DNA of 64,000 nt from Syntrophales bacterium (GCA_023230565.1 JALNXD010000015.1:7410-71409), one strand, 5' to 3'; positions 34,773-45,156 are shown, counted from the first letter of the stretch. The notes: a model not told the origin generated them from the sequence alone. Made by a program: numbers and translations.

Positions 34773-37700
34773 TTAATCAATTGCCGACAAAATGGCTTCG
34801 AGGCAAAGGCTCGTCACATAAGAGTCATTGTTCCAACTGCCGTTTAAATCCTGATGAGCGATCAAGTAATTGCAGGCATAATTTTTTTCATAATGATCGA
34901 GACCGATGATCCATGAATATAAAGACAATAGCTCGTTATCACTTAATGGAGGATCGGGATTCATCATGGCGCGTAATATGTCTGCCGGTCCCTCTGTTAC
35001 TAAATATTTAATCCACAAAAGCACTGCTGCGGTATCAATCAAAGAGGTCGCAGAGTTTATTGCCTCCTCGCTGCAATAGTATATCTCCGTAGCGGTTACT
35101 TCGTGCTTTTGATTTGCTATCCATGCATCAATACCTGTTAACGCCGAGAGCACCACATTTCCTATCAGCCCTGAAACCAGCGAAGAAACATATACACTGG
35201 GGGCATCGCCGGGCATCCAGCCGTAACAGTCGGGTTCGGTGCTTTCCAATATATTTTGGACCATATTGAACCGGAAATAATCAGTATGTTCAATATCCCG
35301 TGAAGTACACTTAAGGGCCATCGATGCCAGAACCGTATCGATCGGATCCGGGGCAAAATGTATCTGCGTTCCCCATACCCGGGTCGGTATAGGATCGGAA
35401 TCTGGAATATGGACATTATGCAGCTGACCCATTGACTGCAATCGATAGACAAAGTCATCTACATTCTGTCCGTATTTGTGGAGTGTTAAAATCTTCCTTG
35501 CCAAATAATCGTTGTTATCTGCAGGAGTTCCCCTTAAGTAGAGGAGGGCCTGGCGCAGGGCAGGGCTGATTGACCCAGCCGCATTGAATGCATTTAGCGC
35601 CTGACTGGTACTGAGCAGCCTTCTGCTCTCTTTTTCATCCCAGTATCCCTTCTTATTCTGAGTCATCTCCAGATAGGCCTTTGCTCTTGCGATTGCCTCA
35701 TTACATGTCTGTGCGGGGCTGGTTGCGTCTATAGAAACACTGACCAGTTCCGATACAGGGCTTTCTATGCCATTATCGGTTACATAGGTAGCTCCATACC
35801 AATACGTGACACCAGCCATGGCAGTCCCATCAGAAAAGCTGGTTCCGGCTAAAGGGTTCTGAGATATTCGCAGACGTGATGGTGGCGCATAGCCGCCTTG
35901 ATGGCTCTTGTTCAGGATTTCACGGTCGAAATCGCTTATGCATCGGTAGATATAATAGCCGGTAACAGTAGCGCCAGTGTAATCCTCAGGAGTCGTCCAA
36001 GTAAGGTCGACCTGGTGTGTTTGTTCGTTGTATATGGACGCAATGATGGCAGCCAGCCACTCCGGCTGTCTTTCACCAACCAAATATATTTCGCTCTTGA
36101 TATTTTCCCTGTTTCCGGCTGCATCCAACGCAAAAAACTGAAGATTGGTGCACTTATCAATCACCAGTTGAATAGGTCCTTTAAAGGCAATGGTGTTCGG
36201 GGCACCCTCATAGGGCGGATCGCCGTCTGTAGAATAGTAGATTGTGGCGTCTTCTGAACAGGTCAGTTCGACAGTCAATGGAGACGCATATTCTCCCGAG
36301 AGCATACTTGCGGTGGTGACGGGTACGGTCGTATCAGCTGTAAATACAAAAACATAGGTGTTCGTACTTCCGGAACTGTCTTCTACATCGAGGGCATAGT
36401 GATATTCCTTCCCGTCTACGGGGGATGCTATGGTTAATATAACCGCACTTTCTGTAACCGTTGCTTGATCTGTAATATCGATGCCTACTTCGTCGCGGAG
36501 CTTTACCGAGGAAATTCCCGCACCGCCGCCAGGGAGATTGATTGTGAACGTTATCTCTCCCGACCCGCCATCGTCAGTTTTTACAAGCGATCCATATCCC
36601 GGAGTGCTGTTGCTCAAGGTAACAGGTACGGTGATGCTGTCGGATGCATTGCCGTATTGGCCGATCGATGAAATGGTGTAGGTTGTGGTTCCTTGCGGCG
36701 TTAAGACCACCGAGCCTGTTCCATTGGGTCCGACAGTCCCCACACCCTGATCGATGGTAGTTGAGGTAGCATTGCCGGATGACCGCCATACTAGAGTGGC
36801 AGATTCTCCTTTAGCAAGGACCTGCGGCACAGCTTCAAGACTCACAACCGGATGATAATGAGGTGATTCGGGCGGCAGAAAACAGTTATTTCCTACCCTA
36901 TAGAGAAGATCAAATGGATCCTGGCTTCGCGCGATTCCTTTAGATATGCGAATTTCATCGATATAGCCTTTAAAATAATTCCCCCCGAATTGGTCTACAC
37001 CAATTCTTAGATAGCGATCTTGGTAGCTAAGTGGGGAAACGGTTGTATAGGCATATGTTTGATATAGAATAGAACCATTGAAATAAATCGTCAAAAGACA
37101 CATCATTCTGTAATAATCAAGGCGGTACAAGCCTCTGCGTTCAATTGTCAAATGGCCAAATCCACTATTCTCAACAGAATAGTCTGAAGGCACAGATGAC
37201 ATTCCTATCGAAACTGAATATTGATAAAATCTAATATAGATACTACCTGTAGCAGGATTATAAGCGGCTGTGATATCAAATCCATCGGGATAGTATCGAT
37301 TCCCTTTGCTTATAAGACACTTCTCTGAGGTACCTTCATCAGAGCGAAACCATAAATCAATTGTGTAATTGAAGGCACTCGGAGAATTTAAATTGCCAAT
37401 AAAATCAAAGTCGGATGAATAAGGAATTCTAAGGCAATCTCCCTGTCCATCAAGATAAAGAGAACTATGTCCGTATCGTGCTTTGGTAGTCGAGTGATGT
37501 ACATCGCCATACCTGTAAACAGAATGCCCTTTTAGGTCATGTATGGTCGTGCTGCCTTCAATGTCATCGGAATGGATGAGAAGTTTTGTGAAACCATCGA
37601 GAAAAGGTTCTGATACGTAGACTGTTTCGGAATCTTGTGATGGCGGATTCGTACCTGTTGCCGAAACAGTGAAGTACTCAGGGTATTCTAGATAAACGAG

Positions 37701-39101
37701 AGCAGTGCCCTGTGGACTGGCTGAAGAACCTTGTCCGGAGATTTCTTCTGGACCGAACGCAGGATCTGCCGGTTGTATATAACATAATTCAGAATTACTG
37801 GCAGTCCAGCTCAGACGTACCGGCCCACCAGCCCGTGCGTTACTGCACTTGAGGTTCACTGAAGGAATTACTCTAACTTCTTTGCTCTCTGTTGCCGTAC
37901 CACCGGGGCCTCGTGCCGTGATAGTGTATGTAGTAGGTTCTGTTACCGATTCTAGTGTATATGTATCATTTGCATCGACTTCACCGATGCCAGGTTCGAT
38001 TGAACATGAAGTAGCATTTGTTGCGCACCACGTCAGGATCGCCGAACCACCTGACGACACGGCTTCCGGATACACACTCAAGTTCACAACGGGGGGCAGT
38101 TTCACCATCACCGATGCGCGTGTGGTACCACCGGGACCTGTCGCCGTTATTTCATAAGTAGTATTTTCCAGAGGGGTAACATCAATTGTCCCGGACACAG
38201 GGTCCAATTCTGTGATCCCATTGACGGCGGGTTGGATAGAGCATGTATCGGCATTTAAGACACTCCAACTGAGCGTAGCTGAATCGCCAGATTGAATGAT
38301 TTCGGGATATGCGCTAAGAATTATAGCAGGCGCGACAGCAATTGTAACAGAGGCTGTTGCTTCTTGCCCAAAGGCATTTGTTGCCGTTATTAAGTAGGTT
38401 GTTGTTTCGGTTGGCGCAATTTCCCTTGCACCTCTTGCACCGACCGCTCCCAAACCTGGTTCTATAACACAGGAGCTGGCACATCCGGAATTCCACTCCA
38501 ATGTCGTTTTACCGCCGAACGGTATCATTTCATCATCTACGGAAAGAGTAACAGTCGGAATTACGTTTATCTCCACAGTATCGGTCGCTGTTCCTCCCGA
38601 ACCGGTTGCCGTAATCGTATAAGTGGTGCGGCCGCTCGGCGAAATGGACCGTGAGCCACTCTCATCCACCGAACCTATTCCATTATCAATAGTACAGGTA
38701 GTTGCGTTGGTGGAGGTCCACGTCAGCAGCGCAGTATCCCCGCAACTAATAGTGGATGTATTAACAGTAATATCGACTGCAGGTGGTGTAGGTGGCGGCA
38801 GAACTGTTACGGTTACCGTGCGTAAGGCTGGAGCACCCCATATATCATCCACGTGAAGTGTATATGTTGCAGTGGGTATTGTATCAGGATAAACAGTCGT
38901 GGAACCAAACAAAGAAACAGACCCGACATCAGGATAAATATATGCAGTAAAACCACCGGCTGACCAGCTCAAAGTCGTGGGGGAACCCTGCGTTACAGTA
39001 GAAGGACTTGCATTGAAGTAATAAACATCTGCTGAAAAAACAAGGCAGGGAATACAAGATATAAATAGAAAGAATAATATACTCAAAATCGCTTTTTTCA
39101 T
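34773..39101 (-). CDS. Giant secreted/surface protein: ~7 Ig-like repeats + LamG/ConA-like + chitobiase-C-like + FN3-like + C-terminal alpha/alpha-toroid (prenyltransferase/TED-like) repeats
   Basis: ATG 39101 with an AGGGAGGA RBS, then signal peptide MKKAILSILFFLFISCIPCLVFSA. Repeats follow the pattern SATLSW..NA.SC.I.PG.G...TTYTITATGPGGT. LamG motifs are as in the short paralogue. Also present are TIYYSTDGDPP, VDLTWTTPEDYTGATVTGYYIYR, and terminal KKGYWDE / HQDLNGSWNND repeats. Confidence 0.8.
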   Translation of the reverse strand: MKKAILSILFFLFISCIPCLVFSADVYYFNASPSTVTQGSPTTLSWSAGGFTAYIYPDVGSVSLFGSTTVYPDTIPTATYTLHVDDIWGAPALRTVTVTVLPPPTPPAVDITVNTSTISCGDTALLTWTSTNATTCTIDNGIGSVDESGSRSISPSGRTTYTITATGSGGTATDTVEINVIPTVTLSVDDEMIPFGGKTTLEWNSGCASSCVIEPGLGAVGARGAREIAPTETTTYLITATNAFGQEATASVTIAVAPAIILSAYPEIIQSGDSATLSWSVLNADTCSIQPAVNGITELDPVSGTIDVTPLENTTYEITATGPGGTTRASVMVKLPPVVNLSVYPEAVSSGGSAILTWCATNATSCSIEPGIGEVDANDTYTLESVTEPTTYTITARGPGGTATESKEVRVIPSVNLKCSNARAGGPVRLSWTASNSELCYIQPADPAFGPEEISGQGSSASPQGTALVYLEYPEYFTVSATGTNPPSQDSETVYVSEPFLDGFTKLLIHSDDIEGSTTIHDLKGHSVYRYGDVHHSTTKARYGHSSLYLDGQGDCLRIPYSSDFDFIGNLNSPSAFNYTIDLWFRSDEGTSEKCLISKGNRYYPDGFDITAAYNPATGSIYIRFYQYSVSIGMSSVPSDYSVENSGFGHLTIERRGLYRLDYYRMMCLLTIYFNGSILYQTYAYTTVSPLSYQDRYLRIGVDQFGGNYFKGYIDEIRISKGIARSQDPFDLLYRVGNNCFLPPESPHYHPVVSLEAVPQVLAKGESATLVWRSSGNATSTTIDQGVGTVGPNGTGSVVLTPQGTTTYTISSIGQYGNASDSITVPVTLSNSTPGYGSLVKTDDGGSGEITFTINLPGGGAGISSVKLRDEVGIDITDQATVTESAVILTIASPVDGKEYHYALDVEDSSGSTNTYVFVFTADTTVPVTTASMLSGEYASPLTVELTCSEDATIYYSTDGDPPYEGAPNTIAFKGPIQLVIDKCTNLQFFALDAAGNRENIKSEIYLVGERQPEWLAAIIASIYNEQTHQVDLTWTTPEDYTGATVTGYYIYRCISDFDREILNKSHQGGYAPPSRLRISQNPLAGTSFSDGTAMAGVTYWYGATYVTDNGIESPVSELVSVSIDATSPAQTCNEAIARAKAYLEMTQNKKGYWDEKESRRLLSTSQALNAFNAAGSISPALRQALLYLRGTPADNNDYLARKILTLHKYGQNVDDFVYRLQSMGQLHNVHIPDSDPIPTRVWGTQIHFAPDPIDTVLASMALKCTSRDIEHTDYFRFNMVQNILESTEPDCYGWMPGDAPSVYVSSLVSGLIGNVVLSALTGIDAWIANQKHEVTATEIYYCSEEAINSATSLIDTAAVLLWIKYLVTEGPADILRAMMNPDPPLSDNELLSLYSWIIGLDHYEKNYACNYLIAHQDLNGSWNNDSYVTSLCLEAILSAID

Positions 39102-39384
39102 GTGGGAACATCCTCCCTTGAAAAGTTTGAAACATTCCAATTTCACTTCAGACCTATAGAATTTGCATACTGCCCCTTAATCATTTACTTCATTTCATAT
39201 GGCAGATTCATACCAGGCATGTCATTGTATTGACGAAGCTTTCGAAATAAATGATGACATCAGATTCGATGCAGATAACCCGGAATCGGATAAGGGAGTC
39301 ATCTCCCTCAAAAATTAAAATTATAGGCCTGACGTAGCAGGCTCAAATCCTTTCTATTGAAGCGGATTTTTTGCACTGTGCAAT

Positions 39385-39600
39385 CTTTAAGAAACATAAA
39401 AAAATGAATTAAGGGAGGATTCGGTGAAGAATGCTATGAAGTTTCGGTCGCGGAAGCAATCTTCAGGAAAAAGAAAGGATATCGAAAACTGTTGAGGATT
39501 GAAGATTGCGTTTTATTGTTGTTTACAATTCACTATATGTACTACAAATGTCAAGACAATTTTACACTGCGGAAACAGGAATTTCCAAATTGAAAGGAAT
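39385..39600 (-). promoter_or_regulatory. Conserved ~190-bp upstream element, copy B (promoter/5' leader of the long surface-protein gene)
   Basis: Homologous to 21835..22025. It contains AAACAGGAAT (39573..39582), TTGACA in gene sense, the inverted repeat GCAATCTT (39456..39463) / AAGATTGC (39502..39509), and ATCCTCCCTT complementary to this gene's RBS AAGGGAGGAT. Confidence 0.55.
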
Positions 39601-39843
39601 CGTACTGCAGGAATCAGGATATCTCTTCTTTTTTACTTTTAAAGCATGCATTTTCGATTGCGAATGGCACGCAACAAGTATAACATTGGTGCATTCGCAA
39701 AAAGCCCTAAAGTTTCAGTTCGGAGACGCAAAATGTTTTCCAGGGAATACGACCCGCCTCTGTCGAACTAATTAATTTTAAAAGAAGCTTAAAGGTTTTT
39801 TGCATAAATAATTATTTTTGATTACCGGAAAAAAGGAGGAACA

Positions 39844-40863
39844 ATGATGAAAGGCAAAACGAATGCAGGATTGATTATCATTGCGGTTTTTTTCTTGGCA
39901 ATCATGGCCGGTGTGGCGCCAGTCGCGTCCGCCGAATGGTCGAATGTCAAAAACATTGTTGCCGAACCCTGGCTGAAGGTATCTGATGATCCTCATGTCG
40001 CACTCGAGGGATTGGCCTTCGACAGAGAGGGTAATCTTTTTGTGAGCAGTATATGGACAGGAGAAATATGGAAGATTTCTCCTGACAAAAAAATGACTTC
40101 CATCTTTAAAGATCCCCGCGTGCCTCAATGTTCAAGCATTGTCGTCCACAAAGACGGAAGGCTTTTTCTCTGCACCCTTCTTGATGGAAAAATAGTAAGC
40201 ATAAAACCGGACGGAAGCGATTATAAGGAAATATTGACAAAGCTGCCCCTGTTGGAGGCCTTTGTACCCGATGATGGAGTGTTCGATTCGGAAGGAAACT
40301 ATTATTTTACGAATATCGTCGGATCTCCAGCCAAACCGGTGGGCGGGATCTATCGTATTTCCGCAGATTTAAAAAAGGTCGACCTGGTACAGGGCGATCT
40401 CGCCGCACCGAACGGCATTGATATCGCAACCGGAACATACGGGAAAGAAACTCGCCTTTTGGTAACCGAACATGCAGCCAACAGATTGATGAGAATAGAT
40501 CTTCTTCCGGACAAGGTAACGCCGATGATGCACGTGTTAGGACTGGGCGTTGCCGCATATTTTCACGGATACGGCCCTGATTCTGCACGAATCGATGAAG
40601 CCGGCAATCTCTATATCTGCAGTTATAAAGGCGGGCGGATATTCGTTATGGCTACGGCGGACAGTTATTTCGAACCTGTTGCCCAGATTCTCACGCCGGG
40701 AAGAGATAAAGGGGTACAGCGCGAAGTTCCCAGCGTGGTCATTAAGCCCGGGACCGATGAAGGGTATATGACAGTCGCATCTCACGGTAAAGAAGGTGAA
40801 GGCGCCTGGATCATGAAATTCAAGGCCCTTGGCAACGCCCGGACTCCTTATTCGCACCAGTAG
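39844..40863 (+). CDS. Exported SMP-30/gluconolactonase/LRE-like six-bladed beta-propeller protein
   Basis: Signal peptide (AGLIIIAVFFLAIMAGVAPVASA). Motifs LEGLAFDREGNLFV, DSEGNYYFTN, PNGIDI and DEAGNLYI are typical of the SGL/strictosidine-synthase-like propeller. Confidence 0.55.
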   Translation: MMKGKTNAGLIIIAVFFLAIMAGVAPVASAEWSNVKNIVAEPWLKVSDDPHVALEGLAFDREGNLFVSSIWTGEIWKISPDKKMTSIFKDPRVPQCSSIVVHKDGRLFLCTLLDGKIVSIKPDGSDYKEILTKLPLLEAFVPDDGVFDSEGNYYFTNIVGSPAKPVGGIYRISADLKKVDLVQGDLAAPNGIDIATGTYGKETRLLVTEHAANRLMRIDLLPDKVTPMMHVLGLGVAAYFHGYGPDSARIDEAGNLYICSYKGGRIFVMATADSYFEPVAQILTPGRDKGVQREVPSVVIKPGTDEGYMTVASHGKEGEGAWIMKFKALGNARTPYSHQ

Positions 40864-40899
40864 GAAAAAAAGATATTCGAGAGCGCCCCAGGTGATTAA

Positions 40900-41277
40900 A
40901 TGCCTCTTCCAGTTACGATTATTTTTAACGACATCAGTGTAAAAGGCGAGCTTTTCGACTCCCCCTGCTCACAGGCAATTGCGGGACGCCTTCCCATAGA
41001 ATCGGTTTTTGAGCAATGGGGGGACGAATTCTATTTCCCAGTGAACGCGAACTTGTCCCTTGACGAAAGCGCTACGACAAACGTTAACACCGGGGATATA
41101 GGATATTGGCCACCCGGGGACGCTCTCTGTATCTTCTTCGGACCAACACCAATGAGTACCGGGCCGAAACCTGTCCCGGCCGGCAAGGTCAATCTGATCG
41201 GCCGCATATTTGGTGATGCATCCGAACTTAAAAATGCAAAATCGGCGGCTGTAATACGGATTGCGGCAGTTGAATAG
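40900..41277 (+). CDS. Cyclophilin-like fold protein (PF04126-type, function unknown)
   Basis: 125 aa with GDIGYWPPGDALCIFFGPTP, the hallmark of the small cyclophilin-like family. Confidence 0.55.
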   Translation: MPLPVTIIFNDISVKGELFDSPCSQAIAGRLPIESVFEQWGDEFYFPVNANLSLDESATTNVNTGDIGYWPPGDALCIFFGPTPMSTGPKPVPAGKVNLIGRIFGDASELKNAKSAAVIRIAAVE

Positions 41278-41289
41278 TTATCAAAACAA

Positions 41290-42120
41290 ATGAAGCGACT
41301 TACGATTGTCAAAACGGTGGAAGCGGGAGTTTCGGTGACTGCCGTCGATTTAATTGCAGATGCGTCGTGTCTTTCCAGGACACGGATCAAAGATGCAATG
41401 CAAAAAGGAGCATTCTGGCGGACTTCGGGGAACGGGAAATCGATGCGGCTTCGCAAAGCCAAAACCCTGCTTCATCCCGGAGAGCGTATCTCATTTTATT
41501 ATGACGAGAGTTTGCTGGCCGTTATTCCGCCTGAGGCAAAACTGATAGAAGACCGAGGACAGTATTCGGTATGGGATAAACCGGCCGGCATGCTCAGCCA
41601 GGGTACACGCTATGGCGATCATTGTTCATTGCTCCGCCAGGTCGGGCAGTACTTCGATCCTCCCCGCGAGGTCTTTCTCATCCATCGTCTTGACCGCGAA
41701 GCATCAGGTCTGATGATACTTGCCCACAGCAAAAATACCGCGAGCCGTTTTTCAAAATTATGGCATGAGGGAAAAGTGGAAAAGATCTACCATATTCTCG
41801 TGTGCGGAAATCTTTTGAGAGACCGTCCTCAAGGAATTATCGATACTCCACTTGACGGGAAAACGGCGTACACATACTACCATGCTGTTTCTTATATTCC
41901 AGAAAAAAATGCCACTTCTGTAGAAGCGGTAATCAAAACCGGACGCCTTCACCAAATCCGGCGACACTTCGACAGCATCGGGTTTCCGGTTATGGGAGAT
42001 CCCCGTTATGGAAAAGGCAATAAAAATACTGATGGACTTAAGCTTCAGGCGCAAGAGTTGCGATTCGAATGCCCCTTAAGCGGCCGTTTTGAATCTTTTT
42101 CTCTGGAAAGAACGTTTTAA
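41290..42120 (+). CDS. RluA-family pseudouridine synthase
   Basis: HRLDREASGLMILA catalytic-Asp motif, a KxY motif (EKIYHILV), and HQIRRHF near the C-terminus. Confidence 0.8.
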   Translation: MKRLTIVKTVEAGVSVTAVDLIADASCLSRTRIKDAMQKGAFWRTSGNGKSMRLRKAKTLLHPGERISFYYDESLLAVIPPEAKLIEDRGQYSVWDKPAGMLSQGTRYGDHCSLLRQVGQYFDPPREVFLIHRLDREASGLMILAHSKNTASRFSKLWHEGKVEKIYHILVCGNLLRDRPQGIIDTPLDGKTAYTYYHAVSYIPEKNATSVEAVIKTGRLHQIRRHFDSIGFPVMGDPRYGKGNKNTDGLKLQAQELRFECPLSGRFESFSLERTF

Positions 42121-42130
42121 CCAAGAATTA

Positions 42131-42634
42131 TCAAAATTCTCCTATCAATACATCGGCAAGAGGAAGCCTGCTTGGGGCATGTCCCCGATCCGCGGGATGG
42201 CCGACAGCCACGACTGCCATCAGTTCCATCTCACTTCCAACGTTAAGAAGGGAAGAAACTTCTTCAGCCCGATTCAAAATTTCGCCAAGCCATACAGCAC
42301 CCAACTCCAGACCGTGAGCGGCAAGAAGCATATTCTGGAGACAGGCGCCAATGCTTTGATGGTCTTTGGTCTCATGATACATTACTTTATGGTCCAGAAA
42401 AACTGCAATGCATGCGGAAGCAGTTTCTATAATTTGCCTGTATTTTGTTAAAGCCGAAAGCCGGAGACGCATCGTCTCATTCTGAACAAGCACAAAACGC
42501 CACGGTTGATTATTCAGCCCCGAGGGTGCCCATGTACCGGACTCCATAATTTTTAAAAGATCCTCCCGGCTCACTGGTGCGTCAGTAAAATTCCTCACGC
42601 TGCGTCTCGAGTAAATTCCTTTAATGATTTCCAC
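42131..42634 (-). CDS. Nitroreductase-family flavoprotein
   Basis: RRSVRNFTDAPVSREDL...APSGLNNQPWRFVLV is the canonical nitroreductase N-terminus; 167 aa. Confidence 0.85.
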   Translation of the reverse strand: MEIIKGIYSRRSVRNFTDAPVSREDLLKIMESGTWAPSGLNNQPWRFVLVQNETMRLRLSALTKYRQIIETASACIAVFLDHKVMYHETKDHQSIGACLQNMLLAAHGLELGAVWLGEILNRAEEVSSLLNVGSEMELMAVVAVGHPADRGHAPSRLPLADVLIGEF

Positions 42635-43063
42635 TGCTTTTTCCTCCCTGATTATACTCTTTTATGGTTTAAGCGGGCACACATACATAGACCCCTATGC
42701 GTTTTTTCATTAAGAAATCGCTATTTTCACTTAACAGCAGGCAAAATCCTTTTAATTTTGTATCCCATTTATGCAGTCTGCGCTTAAATAAGAAGAGGTT
42801 TACTTTACCCATACCCGAGGCAAAACAATTAATCAAGTTTAACTCATTGCTGTTCCCGCGAGAATTGCACTTCAAAGTAAGAAAAGCACCTCTGAAGGCT
42901 TTTCAATCCTTCTCGGTCTTTTGAAAAGATTCATTCGGCTCAGGCATGCGGAACATGTAATTTTTTTACTTTATGCGAGTGAATCAATTTTGATATAAAT
43001 AAGTATTAAAAAATGAATGAAAGTTTCAAAATATGTCACATTATAATATGAAAGGAACAGCAA

Positions 43064-43633
43064 ATGTCTTTTCTTCAAAAGAGCATCAGCCGCCGCTCTT
43101 TTATCAGATGGACATTTTCGCTTGCACTGGCATCACAATTTCCGATAAAGGCTTTGGAGGCTCATTCGCCGGCCCTTCATGTTGCAGAAAAGTCAATCTC
43201 GCTTTTTCATATACGTACAGGGGAACATTTTCATGACCTATATTGGGCAGAAGGAGAATTTATTCCCGAAGCACTCGAGGCAATCACTTTTCTATTTCGC
43301 GATTACCACACAGGAGAAGTCAAGAGCATAGACAACAAATTGATTGATTTCCTCTATGGAATTCAGACACACACGTCTTCCACTGAACCCATACATGTGA
43401 TTTCAGGATATCGTTCTCGAAAAACCAACGAGCTGCTCAGGGAAAAAGGGCGCTGCGCTGTCCGGAACAGTTTTCACTTACATGGCAGAGCGGTAGATAT
43501 CACATTGCCCAGTGTGCTTCTATCTGATTTAAAGAAAACGGCAGCCCGGCTTAAAACCGGAGGGGTAGGCTACTATCCGCATTTTCATTTCGTCCATGTC
43601 GATACAGGCCCTGTGCGGTTTTGGCAGAAGTGA
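43064..43633 (+). CDS. Tat-exported DUF882/YcbK-like peptidase M15A-family protein
   Basis: Twin-arginine signal SRRSFIRWTFSLALA. SGYRSxxTN and HLHGRAVDI metal-binding motifs. Ends in VHVDTGP. Confidence 0.75.
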   Translation: MSFLQKSISRRSFIRWTFSLALASQFPIKALEAHSPALHVAEKSISLFHIRTGEHFHDLYWAEGEFIPEALEAITFLFRDYHTGEVKSIDNKLIDFLYGIQTHTSSTEPIHVISGYRSRKTNELLREKGRCAVRNSFHLHGRAVDITLPSVLLSDLKKTAARLKTGGVGYYPHFHFVHVDTGPVRFWQK

Positions 43634-43695
43634 TAGTTACAAGAGAAAAAACGTTTTTCAAGAACTGATAACCCCTCGTTTCTGGCTGTTTTGTA

Positions 43696-44460
43696 TCAGA
43701 ATTCCACCTCAACCAGATAAGGAAAATGGTCGGATGGGTATGCTCCTTTCTCATTGTCACGAATAATTGCGGCATCTGATATTGTGAAATGGGAACTTGC
43801 CAGTATCCAATCCATTCTGCTTTGCTGCGGAGATCCCTTGAAACCATGGTGAGTGAAGCTTTCCGGTCCTTCACCACCGCCTGATTTCTCCCATGTATCT
43901 ATCAGCCCTGTTTCAGGAGCAGTGAGCATTTTATAAAGACAAGATCCAGGGTTGTCATTAAAGTCGCCCATAAGGATGACCGGCTCTTTTTTTGATCTTA
44001 CCCACTGCGCCAGAAGACGTCCTTGCTCATATCTGGCCTTTGCCCCCACATTATCAAGATGTGTGACAACCACCCATAATGATCTCTTGTTTTCTTTTAC
44101 CTGGAGTCGAGCATAATTCATCATCCGGGGAAATGCACTGCCCCAGTCTTTACTTAGATGAACAGCGGGAGTTTTGGAAAGCCAGAATTCTCCGTTTTCC
44201 TTTACTTCGAATTTGTTTTCCTCGGTAAAGAGTGTAGGATATTGTGAATTATCATCCCACAGTCTGTCTTTTGAACAAAGCCTGTAGCTCGACAGACTGG
44301 AGACAAGATACAAAAGCTGTGACCTTTTCCCCTCCTGCGTGCCTAAAACATCGGGCGTGTATCGATTTATAAGCCGAACAACCTGGGTCCGCCTTTGTTC
44401 CCATCCGTTTGAACCGTCTATTTCATTTTCGTAACGAATGTTAAAAGTCATTACTTTCAT
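43696..44460 (-). CDS. Endonuclease/exonuclease/phosphatase (EEP) family protein
   Basis: MKVMTFNIRY...LGTQEG, VVTHLD, GDFN and SDHFP motifs in the canonical EEP order. Confidence 0.75.
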   Translation of the reverse strand: MKVMTFNIRYENEIDGSNGWEQRRTQVVRLINRYTPDVLGTQEGKRSQLLYLVSSLSSYRLCSKDRLWDDNSQYPTLFTEENKFEVKENGEFWLSKTPAVHLSKDWGSAFPRMMNYARLQVKENKRSLWVVVTHLDNVGAKARYEQGRLLAQWVRSKKEPVILMGDFNDNPGSCLYKMLTAPETGLIDTWEKSGGGEGPESFTHHGFKGSPQQSRMDWILASSHFTISDAAIIRDNEKGAYPSDHFPYLVEVEF

Positions 44461-44806
44461 TTGTATTTCATATCCTCCTGACTATTCTATTCCTTTCCTG
44501 GGATACCTTTTCGGTTTCTGAAGTATTCATTTCAGTTTATTTTTTCATATCTCTTATTTTTTTAGAAGTTTTTTCCTTGACATTTAAAAAGAATAGGTTT
44601 TCTATAGTATTTCTGAGATTTTGTTAGCTCATTTTCCAAAAAACTTTCGGTTCATACCAGCGCTGCTGCAGTTCTTTCAGAAACTCGTTTGCCCTTTGAA
44701 GTCTCTATTTTGGTTCACAAAATCAGTTGCTTAGGAAAGAACGGGTACCCGCGCAGATGTGGCAAGGGGACATTTATTCGCATACGGAGGAAAGGAGGGA
44801 AGTTTA

Positions 44807-45007
44807 TTGGCTGAAGGAGTAGTTAAATGGTTTAGCGATAAAAAAGGGTACGGTTTTATTGAGGGGGAGAACGGCCAGGACCTATTTGTTCATTTTTCAT
44901 TTATTAATGCACAGGGATTTAAGACCCTTTCCGAGGGAGATCAGGTAACGTTCGACATAGAAGAAGGAGACCGGGGCCCGGTCGCAAAGAACGTTACCAA
45001 GGGTTGA
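44807..45007 (+). CDS. Cold-shock protein (CspA family)
   Basis: [15 protein letters not shown] (RNP1) and DLFVHFS (RNP2). The likely TTG start at 44807 lies after AAGGAGGGA. The ORF-track N-extension from 44759 is not Csp-like. Confidence 0.9.
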   Translation: MAEGVVKWFSDKKGYGFIEGENGQDLFVHFSFINAQGFKTLSEGDQVTFDIEEGDRGPVAKNVTKG

Positions 45008-45130
45008 AAAAAAACAAGCACCGGGAGTATACTCCGGGGGCTAGCCATCTATACTGTTTTAGGCGGGAAACCGCCACGTATGCCGATGTCCTTTCGTAAC
45101 CTGACATATATCAGGTTGCACCACATGAAA

Positions 45131-45156
45131 GGCGGGATATACTCCCGCCTTTTTTT
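45131..45156 (+). terminator. Rho-independent terminator
   Basis: GGCGGGA-TATAC-TCCCGCC followed by TTTTTTT. It sits between the convergent csp and gspE ends and touches the gspE stop codon. Confidence 0.65.
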
